A stretch of DNA of 64,000 bases from an uncultured Psychrosphaera sp. Lineage in GTDB: Bacteria; Pseudomonadota; Gammaproteobacteria; Enterobacterales; Alteromonadaceae. Shown here in pieces: positions 9,197-17,899 of the stretch; within the stretch, counting starts at the first letter, position 1, and each line of letters opens with the position of its first letter. Location: assembly GCF_947500655.1 (NCBI RefSeq), contig NZ_CANMSK010000008.1:19139-83138 (forward strand). Direction: 5' to 3'. The notes beneath the pieces are model-generated. The model saw nothing but the letters and a program-made list of their open reading frames with translations, searched no databases and had not been told where the DNA came from. The position numbers and the translations under genes are program-made.

Positions 9197-10216
9197 TTAA
9201 GCCAATAATCTTCTACAGATGGATAAGTTTGGTCGCCGTTTTAGTTGTTTATGCTCTACAAAGTTTTGTAGAACATGCTCATTGCCAACCGCACCATGGA
9301 ATACAGTGGTGAATTGTTTGGTCATCACTAACCAGTTATCTGGCTCTATGTTTAATCTTCTTAGTAGAGTTGGTAAATTGTTATCTATATGTCCTGCTTT
9401 CTCTTCTCTTACACAACGTCCTGTTACTTCGACTAATTCTATGTATTCTTTTAATTCAAATGGAATGACATCAAGCATGTCTTTTTTGAGATTTCCTACA
9501 AATGGTTTTAGTGACTTTGGTTGTGTTTGATAAAGTGCATGATGAATACGCTGTTTTATGCTGGTGTATTCTGATGTTTCTGGGGTTTTGGCTATATTGG
9601 CTCTTACTGGGTTTAAATCTACATATGCCATACAAGCGAGTAAAGCAGAGTCATCTAACAAGGCTTGGCATTTGAATCGGCCTTCCCAGAAACGTCCAGT
9701 GCAGCTATCTTCTTTATTCGCCTGTCTGGCAATACCTTCATTTAATACACGCATAAACCAACTTATATCCATTAAACGTTTTCTGTAAATGACGGTTATT
9801 TCCTCTATGGCTAGTAGCTCTGATCCAGTTAGAGGCTTGGATTCATTTAAGAGTTTACTGTTTAAGTCAGGTGAACCATTAATTTTAGATAGGTATTTTT
9901 GTGTCAGTAACGTGCCTTTAAACAACCTATGCCAACGAGTTAGAACCTCGGTTGTATCCCAGCTAAGCGCTTGTTGTTCATTTATATGTAAAACAAGGTG
10001 GGTATGATTACTCATGACGGCATAAGCACACACTTCAATCGCAAAGACTTGTGGTAACTGCTCTATCTTATCTTCTACCCATTGCCTTCTGTGCTCATAA
10101 GATTGATGGGTTTGTTTGTCTTCTCCGCATAGGAATGCCCTACGAACACATCTTGAAATACAATGATAGTAAGGCGTATCCGCTAAGCTAATTTGAAATT
10201 CTCTTGGTCTAGGCAT
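9197..10216 (-). CDS. IS200/IS605-type Y1 (HUH) transposase-like protein, long form, solitary
   Basis: N-terminal Y1_Tnp-like core with the HUH motif (AYAVMSNHTHLVLH) and a downstream Tyr-containing region (ACMAYVDLNPVRANI). The ATG at 10216 (MPRPREF...) is preferred over the GTG at 10225. No terminal repeats or subterminal hairpins were identified. Confidence 0.7.
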   Translation of the reverse strand: MPRPREFQISLADTPYYHCISRCVRRAFLCGEDKQTHQSYEHRRQWVEDKIEQLPQVFAIEVCAYAVMSNHTHLVLHINEQQALSWDTTEVLTRWHRLFKGTLLTQKYLSKINGSPDLNSKLLNESKPLTGSELLAIEEITVIYRKRLMDISWFMRVLNEGIARQANKEDSCTGRFWEGRFKCQALLDDSALLACMAYVDLNPVRANIAKTPETSEYTSIKQRIHHALYQTQPKSLKPFVGNLKKDMLDVIPFELKEYIELVEVTGRCVREEKAGHIDNNLPTLLRRLNIEPDNWLVMTKQFTTVFHGAVGNEHVLQNFVEHKQLKRRPNLSICRRLLA

Positions 10217-10327
10217 AAAAAACACTCAATGTACCAATATGGGTACAAATGAGTTTAGTTCACATTAAAATGGATGGCACTTTTATTTAAGTCAATTTAT
10301 AACTAACCGTTAGGTTCGGTTCGCCTT

Positions 10328-10363
10328 GCTTTTGCTTTTGCTTTTGCTTTTGCTTTTGCTTTT
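10328..10363. repeat. Hexanucleotide microsatellite (GCTTTT)x6
   Basis: Six perfect tandem copies counted directly in the sequence, in non-coding DNA next to the Y1 transposase-like gene. Confidence 0.95.
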
Positions 10364-10695
10364 AAGTCTCCATCCAAATATTCCTGAGATAAAATAAGTT
10401 TTCCAAAATATGAGACAGGACGTCGAATAAGGGCTTGTTTTCAGGGACGAAAGTTAAGCCCGTTTTTGAGGATAAAACTTAATTTTATAGAAGATAAGAA
10501 TATTGGTTGGAAGCGGCCTTTTGGGGTTAGGTTTTTGGGCTGTTGCAAAAAGGTGACTTGCCGAGGGGCGAAACCCTAGAGTTCACAAGTAATATAATTA
10601 GAAACTACAAACCTAAAATGAATGTATAAAACAAATTGGCTCTTAAAAGGATCACAGCCCTTAAGGATAAGACACCTAGGGCGAAGCATTCAAGC

Positions 10696-10727
10696 ACAAA
10701 AAAGCCTTTCGCAAGAAAGGCTTTTAT
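10696..10727 (-). terminator. Rho-independent terminator of the NCS2 permease gene
   Basis: aagcctttc-gcaa-gaaaggctt hairpin (10702-10723). The A-run at 10696-10701 gives a T-run on the minus strand. It lies 30 nt past the stop at 10756. Confidence 0.7.
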
Positions 10728-10755
10728 CTTTTAAAACAAACAAGAACAAGAATCC

Positions 10756-12195
10756 CTATTCATGCAAAAACATAAACTTCAACACAAACAACGCGGTTAA
10801 CGCCCACACACCTTTTGACACTTGGTTAGATTTACCTGTTCCAACTTTAAGTACGGTATAAGTAATAAAACCAAACGCGATACCGTTAGATATTGAAAAG
10901 GTAAATGCCATCATTACTGTAGTGCATACTGCGGGGGCGTATTCTGTTAAGTCATCCCAATTTAAGCTTTTTAAAGAGCTCATCATTAACATGGCAACAT
11001 AAATAAGTGCACCGTCTACCGCAAATCCCGGTAACATTTTAGCAAGTGGTAGAAGGAATACGCCTGCGGCAAATAACAAACCGATAGTCACAGCAGTTAA
11101 ACCTGTACGACCACCAACAGAAACACCAGCGGCTGATTCCACGTAAGACGTTACTGGAGGACAACCAAATGCAGTACCAACTACAGATGATATAGAATCT
11201 GCTTTTAGTGACTTACCTAGGCCTTGAATTTTACCATTTTCATCTTGTAAGTTAGCTTTTTCGGCAACGCCCATTAAGGTACCAGCGGTGTCGAATATAT
11301 TAACAAATAGGAAAGTAACAATAACTGGAATTAAGGCTACTTCAAATGCACCTGCAATATCAGCTTTCCATAAAATTGGCTCAAGAGCTGAAAATTCAGG
11401 AACCGCTAAGATACCGTTATAACTCACAAATCCTGTGGCTGGCGCAAATGCTTTAGCCGCTTCTGCAACAACAAAAAAGTCAGTCGGTAAAACCCAAGTC
11501 ATAATAAACGCAATTAAGGTAGTAACCCCAATACCAATAAGCACACCACCAAACACTTTTCGGTAACTTAGAATAGCGATAAGTAAAAAACTTAGAAAAC
11601 CAAGAGCCGGAGCTTCAGGACCAAATACACCAAAACCAAAGTGGGTAAGATCTGCGATAGAAACTATATTGTCTGGGTTCGCAACAACAATACCGGTAAA
11701 GCGTAAACCAATAAAACCAAGAAAGAGGCCAACACCTGCAGTCATTGCTAAACGTAAACTCATGGGAATACTGTCAAGCATCCACTCTCTTAAACGAGTC
11801 ACACTCATAAGAACAAATAACACCCCCGATAAGAAAACAGCACCCAATGCAATTTCCCAGCTATAACCCATAGCGCCAACCACTGAGAATGTGAAAAATG
11901 CGTTTAAGCCCATTCCAGGAGCAAGACCCACAGGCCAATTTGCGTACAATCCCATGATAAGAGTTGCGATAGCTGCGCCAATACAAGTGGCTAAAAACAA
12001 TCCATCAAATGGCATGCCTGAATTTGACATAATTGTTGGATTTAAAAACATGATGTAAGACATAGTAACAAAGGTGGTAAAGCCAGCCATGATTTCGGTT
12101 TTCACCGTAGTTTTATGTGCTGCAAGCTTAAACCAGCGTTCTAAAAAACCTACGCTTTTGGGTTCATTATCGTAAGTTTGCTCAACTTGTTTCAT
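10756..12195 (-). CDS. NCS2/AzgA-family purine permease (adenine/hypoxanthine/guanine type)
   Basis: 479 aa and polytopic. The N-terminus (FLERWFKLAAHKTTVKTEIMAGFTTFVTMSYIMFLNP) is typical of AzgA/PurP/GhxP-type permeases. Confidence 0.85.
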   Translation of the reverse strand: MKQVEQTYDNEPKSVGFLERWFKLAAHKTTVKTEIMAGFTTFVTMSYIMFLNPTIMSNSGMPFDGLFLATCIGAAIATLIMGLYANWPVGLAPGMGLNAFFTFSVVGAMGYSWEIALGAVFLSGVLFVLMSVTRLREWMLDSIPMSLRLAMTAGVGLFLGFIGLRFTGIVVANPDNIVSIADLTHFGFGVFGPEAPALGFLSFLLIAILSYRKVFGGVLIGIGVTTLIAFIMTWVLPTDFFVVAEAAKAFAPATGFVSYNGILAVPEFSALEPILWKADIAGAFEVALIPVIVTFLFVNIFDTAGTLMGVAEKANLQDENGKIQGLGKSLKADSISSVVGTAFGCPPVTSYVESAAGVSVGGRTGLTAVTIGLLFAAGVFLLPLAKMLPGFAVDGALIYVAMLMMSSLKSLNWDDLTEYAPAVCTTVMMAFTFSISNGIAFGFITYTVLKVGTGKSNQVSKGVWALTALFVLKFMFLHE

Positions 12196-12280
12196 ATCTC
12201 AAATTCTCTTGTTGTTTGATATATAGCTATCGTTTTATTAGTAATAGCATTACCTTTATGTGCTAGTAAACTCACAAACC

Positions 12281-12296
12281 TTGACACTTATGTCAA
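12281..12296. promoter_or_regulatory. Candidate operator, TGACAC-type palindrome (TTGACACTTATGTCAA)
   Basis: Lies in the divergent promoter region, 86 nt upstream of the permease start (12195) and ~210 nt upstream of the deaminase-like gene. It is one of four related sites (12281, 12370, 15158, 39120). Confidence 0.55.
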
Positions 12297-12369
12297 TATT
12301 TATCACTAAGTATACAGGTGAATATTATTGCTTTATTGCTACTGGTGAAGTTAAATCATCTATAAAAAC

Positions 12370-12383
12370 TGACACTTGTGATA
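12370..12383. promoter_or_regulatory. Weaker second TGACAC-type site (TGACACTTGTGATA)
   Basis: The left half is perfect and the right half matches 4/6. It is ~125 nt upstream of the ATG at 12505. Confidence 0.3.
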
Positions 12384-12504
12384 ACTTTCTAGCCATCATG
12401 CGTTAGTAGTAAATAAAATAATTAGTTATAAGTACTATATAAGCATAAGCACTAATAAATTGCGTAAATTTAAAGTACTGCTTTATACAATAAAAAGGAT
12501 AAAC

Positions 12505-13968
12505 ATGTTTTCATCATTAAGATCTTTCACTAGCTTGGTACTATTGGTTAGTCCATTAATATTTTGCCAGAGCTTTGTGGTAACTGCTGCAGCAAAAATA
12601 GAAAATAGCCAAACTAATTGGTTTAATGACTTTAAACAGCAAGCATCTGATAAGCAACTTTATAAATTTTTATACAACATGCCTAAAGGTGCCGATTTAC
12701 ATAACCATGCAAGTGGTAGCAACTTTCCACGTTGGTGGTATGAGCTTGCAATCAATAGCGAGCTTAATGGCGGTTACCGTTATTACACAAAAACTAAATT
12801 AACCTTATGCCAAGGTTATGGCCAAAATGCCTTTGGGTATATCTCGCCGACGCTGACTTTTGTAACCATAGCTGAAAATATTTATAAAAAGCTCAGTGCT
12901 TGTGAACAAAAAAATTACACACAACTTTCATCCTTAACACCAAAAGAGATAAAGGCGTGGGAACAAAGCATTTGGTTGGATAAAGACTACGAAGGTCGTG
13001 ACGAGTTTTTTCAAACTCATTGGCAACGGTTAAATGAGCTGGCTAATAATCCGTATATTGCAGCAGAAATGCTTGTGCGAAATATGAAAGCGTTTGGCAA
13101 TGAAGGACTAATTTACCTTGAGAGTCAATTTAATGTGACTGGGTTTATGACACCAAACGGTAAGCCTCAAACTCAAACTGCAGCTTTAAACATTCTTAAG
13201 GAACGTTTGGCTCAAGACGACGCCAAACAAACTGGTGTGGAAGTAAAACTGGTTTATCAACTATTGCGCTTTACTCCTAACGCAGAACAGCAACTAACCG
13301 ACATTTATAAATTTGTTGATCAAAATCGTGACCTATATGTGGGCATTAATATGGTTGGTAGAGAAGATAACGGTAAAGGCCATCCACTACGTTTTTTGTC
13401 TACCTTGCGTGAACTAAGACAACAATATCCTGCCATTGCTCTTACTATTCATGCGGGTGAAGTGGATGAACCAAACTTTCATATTAGAGATACGTTATTA
13501 CTAGGCGCTGATAGAATTGGTCACGGCGTTAATTTATTAGGAGACCCACAAACAACATTATTGATGCGTCATAATCATTATTTAATAGAAGTTAATCTGA
13601 TCAGTAATTTGTTGTTGGAATATGTTGATGACTTTAAAAAGCACCCTTTTCCAGAATTTTTACGCACAGGCATTCCTGTGGCTTTATCAACTGACGACCG
13701 CGGCATGTTCCATTCAAACTTAACCGATGAATTCTTTATCGCAGTTAAGACCTTTAATTTGTCTTGGCAGGAAGTGGTAACACTAAGTAAAAACTCTCTC
13801 GAATATAGTTTTTTAGATCACCCAACAAAAAAAGCAATGCTTGTTAAGTTTGATGAAAACATTAATACATTCACGCAAAACTTTGAACAAAATGGCTCAA
13901 GCAGTTTGCAAAAACCAGCGGTGTTGAATCAATTTATTCGACGTTATTATCCACAATTAACTGATTAG
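12505..13968 (+). CDS. Secreted adenosine/adenine-deaminase-family protein (long, ADGF/CECR1-like form)
   Basis: ATG at 12505 follows AAAAGGA; the longest ORF starts at a TTG at 12460. It has a signal peptide (MFSSLRSFTSLVLLVSPLIFCQSFVVTAAA). Metal/catalytic motifs of the adenosine deaminase superfamily are present (DLHNHASGS, IHAGE, GHGVNL, ALSTDDRGMF). Confidence 0.75.
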   Translation: MFSSLRSFTSLVLLVSPLIFCQSFVVTAAAKIENSQTNWFNDFKQQASDKQLYKFLYNMPKGADLHNHASGSNFPRWWYELAINSELNGGYRYYTKTKLTLCQGYGQNAFGYISPTLTFVTIAENIYKKLSACEQKNYTQLSSLTPKEIKAWEQSIWLDKDYEGRDEFFQTHWQRLNELANNPYIAAEMLVRNMKAFGNEGLIYLESQFNVTGFMTPNGKPQTQTAALNILKERLAQDDAKQTGVEVKLVYQLLRFTPNAEQQLTDIYKFVDQNRDLYVGINMVGREDNGKGHPLRFLSTLRELRQQYPAIALTIHAGEVDEPNFHIRDTLLLGADRIGHGVNLLGDPQTTLLMRHNHYLIEVNLISNLLLEYVDDFKKHPFPEFLRTGIPVALSTDDRGMFHSNLTDEFFIAVKTFNLSWQEVVTLSKNSLEYSFLDHPTKKAMLVKFDENINTFTQNFEQNGSSSLQKPAVLNQFIRRYYPQLTD

Positions 13969-13978
13969 GCTATTTTTT

Positions 13979-14968
13979 ATGAAGAATTTATTTATGCACA
14001 CTTTTTTAATTAATAATTTAAAAAAACTCACCATAATATTCATCAGCTTGATCTTAATAAGCTGTACACAGGCTGACAAATCTTATACGCAAGTTGTTGC
14101 TAATGCCAAGTTAACTGAGGTAGCAAATACCATTAACTTGGAAGACAACAACGCTGCTTTAAAAACAATTTCTGATGTAGATTATGCGCAATGGAGTGAA
14201 GAAGAAAAACAGTCGGCTCTATTATTAACAGCATTAGGCTGTATCGATATTAGTACTAATGATAGCAAGCAATCCACTTCAGTAGATGACTGCAAGGCTT
14301 TACAGCCTTTATCAATTGATTATCCAAATGTGCCATCATCGTTAACATTAGTATTCAATGAATTGCTAGAGCAGAATATTATTCAAGGCTACAATATCAA
14401 GGAGCAAGAACTGGTTACGTCAAAAGAGACTGGTAACAATATTTTCCTTTACGGTCATAGTTCTTTACCGCACGCCAAGCAGTTGATCAGTTTATTGAAC
14501 ATAAATAACATTGATTTTACTTGGCAACTTATTCCTAAAAGTTCGGCGTTTAATATTCGTGATGATTGGCAAGATACTAAGATTGATGAAAAAGAATCCA
14601 GAGTACGAATAGCCAAAGAATACGACATTCGATTAATTTTTGCAGATCAAGCTGAACAGCTTAGCTTTATGCCTTTAATTAATAAATACGCCAAAAAAGA
14701 CACTGACGATGAAGCTGGATTAATCATTAATGCTTGGTGGCAGCCTTTTTATCGCAGTTTTTCTGCGCTAGAGTCCTTTATGCCTGTTAAGAGAATTTCT
14801 TTACAAGCCGATGGTTTTATTGCCTCGACTCTTGTACTTCAACCTGATCTTACAAAAACTCTTGATTTGATTAAAGCTAGTCTGGCAAACATAGAGGTAA
14901 CAATTTCAACTGAAGATGTATGGGTAAACCCAGCATTTTACCGTTATCTTAATGGTGGTTATAAATAG
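13979..14968 (+). CDS. Orphan lipoprotein, no recognisable domain
   Basis: Lipobox LILISC, 10 nt after the stop of the deaminase-like gene (operonic). I recognise no family. Confidence 0.7.
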   Translation: MKNLFMHTFLINNLKKLTIIFISLILISCTQADKSYTQVVANAKLTEVANTINLEDNNAALKTISDVDYAQWSEEEKQSALLLTALGCIDISTNDSKQSTSVDDCKALQPLSIDYPNVPSSLTLVFNELLEQNIIQGYNIKEQELVTSKETGNNIFLYGHSSLPHAKQLISLLNINNIDFTWQLIPKSSAFNIRDDWQDTKIDEKESRVRIAKEYDIRLIFADQAEQLSFMPLINKYAKKDTDDEAGLIINAWWQPFYRSFSALESFMPVKRISLQADGFIASTLVLQPDLTKTLDLIKASLANIEVTISTEDVWVNPAFYRYLNGGYK

Positions 14969-15157
14969 ACTGTAAACCACTATAAAACTGATTTTTATAA
15001 ATCCGCGTTTATAGATTAACTATTCGGCACTAGATTAGTGCAACTGCTCTATTGTAGTGCTGAATTGTTTATTTTTAAAGCCTTTCAACTAAACTCTCAC
15101 ATATTCCAATCTAAAAATTAACCAATATAAACATAAACTTAACTACAAAAATAAGAC

Positions 15158-15173
15158 TTGACACTTGAGTCAA
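15158..15173. promoter_or_regulatory. Candidate operator, TGACAC-type palindrome (TTGACACTTGAGTCAA)
   Basis: Lies 106 nt upstream of the TonB-dependent receptor start at 15279. Confidence 0.5.
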
Positions 15174-15278
15174 CTAAATGGCATTAATTCTGCTTTAATT
15201 ACCCTAATAAAATAATAACTAACTGAAGCTAACCATCGAGTTAGCACTTTCAATAAAACTTTAGGGGAATATTCTACT

Positions 15279-17768
15279 ATGTCATTACGTACATATAAAA
15301 CCAGTTACCTTGCTTCTGCTATTGCGTTAAGCCTTAGTATGTCAGCGAATACTTTCGCGGCAGATGAAGCAGAAGAGCCTACTGATAAGGAAATTGAAAA
15401 AATTGAAGTACGAGGCTCTTTAGGCAGCCTTCCTGGACAAGCCGTTGAATCTGTTTTTGGTTTTGGTAAATCAATCTTAGAAACGCCTCGTTCTGCTTCA
15501 ACTATCAGTCAAGAGCAGATGGAACGTTTTAGCGTAAGTGATATAGATGAATTAGTTGCATTTGCTCCTGGTACATTTACCCAATCATTTTTTGGTGTTG
15601 CGGGCTCGCTAGATGTTCGTGGTACGCCAGGCGAAACTTATTTCCGTGGTGTTAAACGTTTAGATAACCCAGGAAACTATCCAACACCAATTGGTGCGTC
15701 AAGCCGTGTTGATATTGTACGTGGCCCAGCCTCACCTATTTATGGTCCGGCAAAAATAGGTGGTTACTTAAACTTTAATCCTAAATCTGCACGCGCTAGC
15801 GGTGGCCAATATTTAGATGACAACACTGGCGGCTTTTCTTATACAACAGGAAGTTGGAATAAAAATGTCATAACCGCAGAAATCGGTGGACCAGCTGAAA
15901 TTGCAGGAAAAAAAGCAGGTTTCTATATATACGGTGAAGTTGAGAGATCTGATAGCTTTTATGAAAATACAAAAACAGATCAAACTGTATTACAAGCGGC
16001 ATTTAACATTGACGTAACAGATAATCTTCGTTTTGAATTTGGTGGTATGTACCATGATTACGATGGTAATCAAGTTGCAGGTTGGAATCGCTTAACTCAA
16101 GACTTAGTTGATAACGGTACTTATATTACAGGTACAGCTCAGCCACTAGATACTGATGGTGACGGCTATATTTCTCATCAAGAATACAACGCAGCAGGTG
16201 TAGATCAATATATTTGGCAAGTGCCAATGAATGGAACTACTCCAGACCTTATTCCAGATATTATGGCGTTAGAAAATGTTGGAACAACAACATTAGATGC
16301 TAGCCAAGTATTAGTCGCAGAAGATGATGAACTGACGAATACCGTTCAAACATTGTACTTTGATGCTATGTATTACACCGATAACGGTTGGGAAGTTAAA
16401 AACCAATTATTTTATGAAGGATACGAAAATAACAATGAAAATGCCTACGGGTTTTCTCAATATCATGATAGTTGGGTAATAGAAGATAAAATTGTTTTCT
16501 CTACTGAGTTAGAACTTGACGACATGATTGCTCAAGTACAAATTTCGCCATCATTACGTTATGTTGATTTTGAACATGGTGAAGATTGGAAGAATGAATA
16601 TTTTGATCGCCGCGATTTAACAATGGAATCAAGTTCACTTGACCGCCGTTTATTAGCAACCGTAATTGATGATGATTATACAGAATGGTATGAAGGTAAT
16701 TATTTAGATCTTGGTTTTGCTGCTATGGTCGATCTTACTTGGGAATGGGGTCTAAATGTTGTCCTTGGTGCACGTTACGACTCATTTGATATGGAAAGTA
16801 GTACAGACCCAGATAAATTATTATTAGGTAACTACGGTTCTGGTTTTGTTATTATGTCTGACGATGGAAAATACATATTAAATGACTTTGGTGCAGACTC
16901 AGCAAACTATACCGCTGCGGATATAACAGCCCCTGTAGAAGCTGAAGATACGGTTGATGGTGTTTCTTGGAATACCAGTATTTCGTATAAGTTTGATATG
17001 GGTTTAATTCCATATATCACAGCAGCTGAACAATCGACTATTATTGTTGGCCAAGGTGCAGAAATTAAAACAGGTAGTATCTACTCTGGTGGCGTTTTCG
17101 ATAAATCTACATTAATGGAGTTTGGTGTTAAAGGTACATTCCTAGAAGACTCTCTTTACTTTGCTCTTTCAAACTATACTCAAGAACGTACCGATACCAA
17201 AGCACAATCGACTACGCTTAATAATGTAACTGAAACTAAAGGTACTGAATTTGAATTACGTTGGGTCGTGACTGATGACTTAGTTGTATCAGCAGGGTAC
17301 ACCGATGTTAAAGTTCTGAACTTAACAGCAATAGAAGATGGCGGTCAATATGGCTTCTTCGGTGCTGAAGATATGCCATTAGTTGAACCTTCACTTGCTT
17401 ATGGCGGTGTAGTTGGCGGCACAAATCCTACAAGTAATAACCCTGAGGGTCTGAAAGCAGGTATTCCACAAAACATTTACTCTTTCACTGCTAGTTATGA
17501 TTTCCAAAATGGATTTTCAGCTAATGCCAGTGTTATTGATGTAGATTCTACCTATTCTGGTTATTCACAGGCTGTGTTACTTCCATCTTATACTTTAGTA
17601 AATGCCGGTGTGTTATATCAAGCAGATACATGGTCAGCGAGTCTTAACGTTAAAAACTTAACTGATGAGACTTATTACCGTGCAAACTTCCCGGACTTAT
17701 TTGGTAGTGCGGTGGTTTTACCTGAACTTCCACGTAGCGTACAAGCTAAGTTCACTTATAACTTCTAA
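15279..17768 (+). CDS. TonB-dependent outer-membrane receptor
   Basis: Signal peptide, a plug (ETPRSASTISQEQMERF..., DIVRGPASPIYGPAKIGGYLNF) and an 829-aa barrel ending in FTYNF. Confidence 0.9.
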   Translation: MSLRTYKTSYLASAIALSLSMSANTFAADEAEEPTDKEIEKIEVRGSLGSLPGQAVESVFGFGKSILETPRSASTISQEQMERFSVSDIDELVAFAPGTFTQSFFGVAGSLDVRGTPGETYFRGVKRLDNPGNYPTPIGASSRVDIVRGPASPIYGPAKIGGYLNFNPKSARASGGQYLDDNTGGFSYTTGSWNKNVITAEIGGPAEIAGKKAGFYIYGEVERSDSFYENTKTDQTVLQAAFNIDVTDNLRFEFGGMYHDYDGNQVAGWNRLTQDLVDNGTYITGTAQPLDTDGDGYISHQEYNAAGVDQYIWQVPMNGTTPDLIPDIMALENVGTTTLDASQVLVAEDDELTNTVQTLYFDAMYYTDNGWEVKNQLFYEGYENNNENAYGFSQYHDSWVIEDKIVFSTELELDDMIAQVQISPSLRYVDFEHGEDWKNEYFDRRDLTMESSSLDRRLLATVIDDDYTEWYEGNYLDLGFAAMVDLTWEWGLNVVLGARYDSFDMESSTDPDKLLLGNYGSGFVIMSDDGKYILNDFGADSANYTAADITAPVEAEDTVDGVSWNTSISYKFDMGLIPYITAAEQSTIIVGQGAEIKTGSIYSGGVFDKSTLMEFGVKGTFLEDSLYFALSNYTQERTDTKAQSTTLNNVTETKGTEFELRWVVTDDLVVSAGYTDVKVLNLTAIEDGGQYGFFGAEDMPLVEPSLAYGGVVGGTNPTSNNPEGLKAGIPQNIYSFTASYDFQNGFSANASVIDVDSTYSGYSQAVLLPSYTLVNAGVLYQADTWSASLNVKNLTDETYYRANFPDLFGSAVVLPELPRSVQAKFTYNF

Positions 17769-17813
17769 GTTAGAAGTTATGACTTTAAAGAAATAAAGTA
17801 AGAACTAGAATAA

Positions 17814-17847
17814 AGCGAAACATATCAAAAATATGTTTCGCTTTTTT
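17814..17847 (+). terminator. Rho-independent terminator after the receptor gene
   Basis: agcgaaacatat-caaaa-atatgtttcgct followed by ttttt. Confidence 0.8.
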
Positions 17848-17899
17848 AGCTTTTAATTAACAGTTAGGTAAATCCACAACAAACATATAGAGGAAAATC

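Noticed and set aside
7447-10755. tRNA-adjacent genomic islet (His-rich OMP, DUF2459 lipoprotein, Y1 transposase-like gene) integrated at the tRNA 3' end
   Set aside because: No direct repeat of the tRNA 3' end was found downstream, and there is no integrase gene. The content is accessory-looking, but an integration event cannot be supported from the sequence.
10622-10861. 79-aa ORF on the plus strand
   Set aside because: It overlaps the 3' end and terminator of the minus-strand permease gene and has no coding-like composition.
12297-12504. Possible purine (adenine) riboswitch upstream of the adenosine-deaminase-like gene, by analogy with the Vibrio add leader
   Set aside because: I could not find the conserved purine-riboswitch core (UAUAAU...GAUAUGG...UUUCUACC...) on either strand of the leader or of the divergent permease leader.
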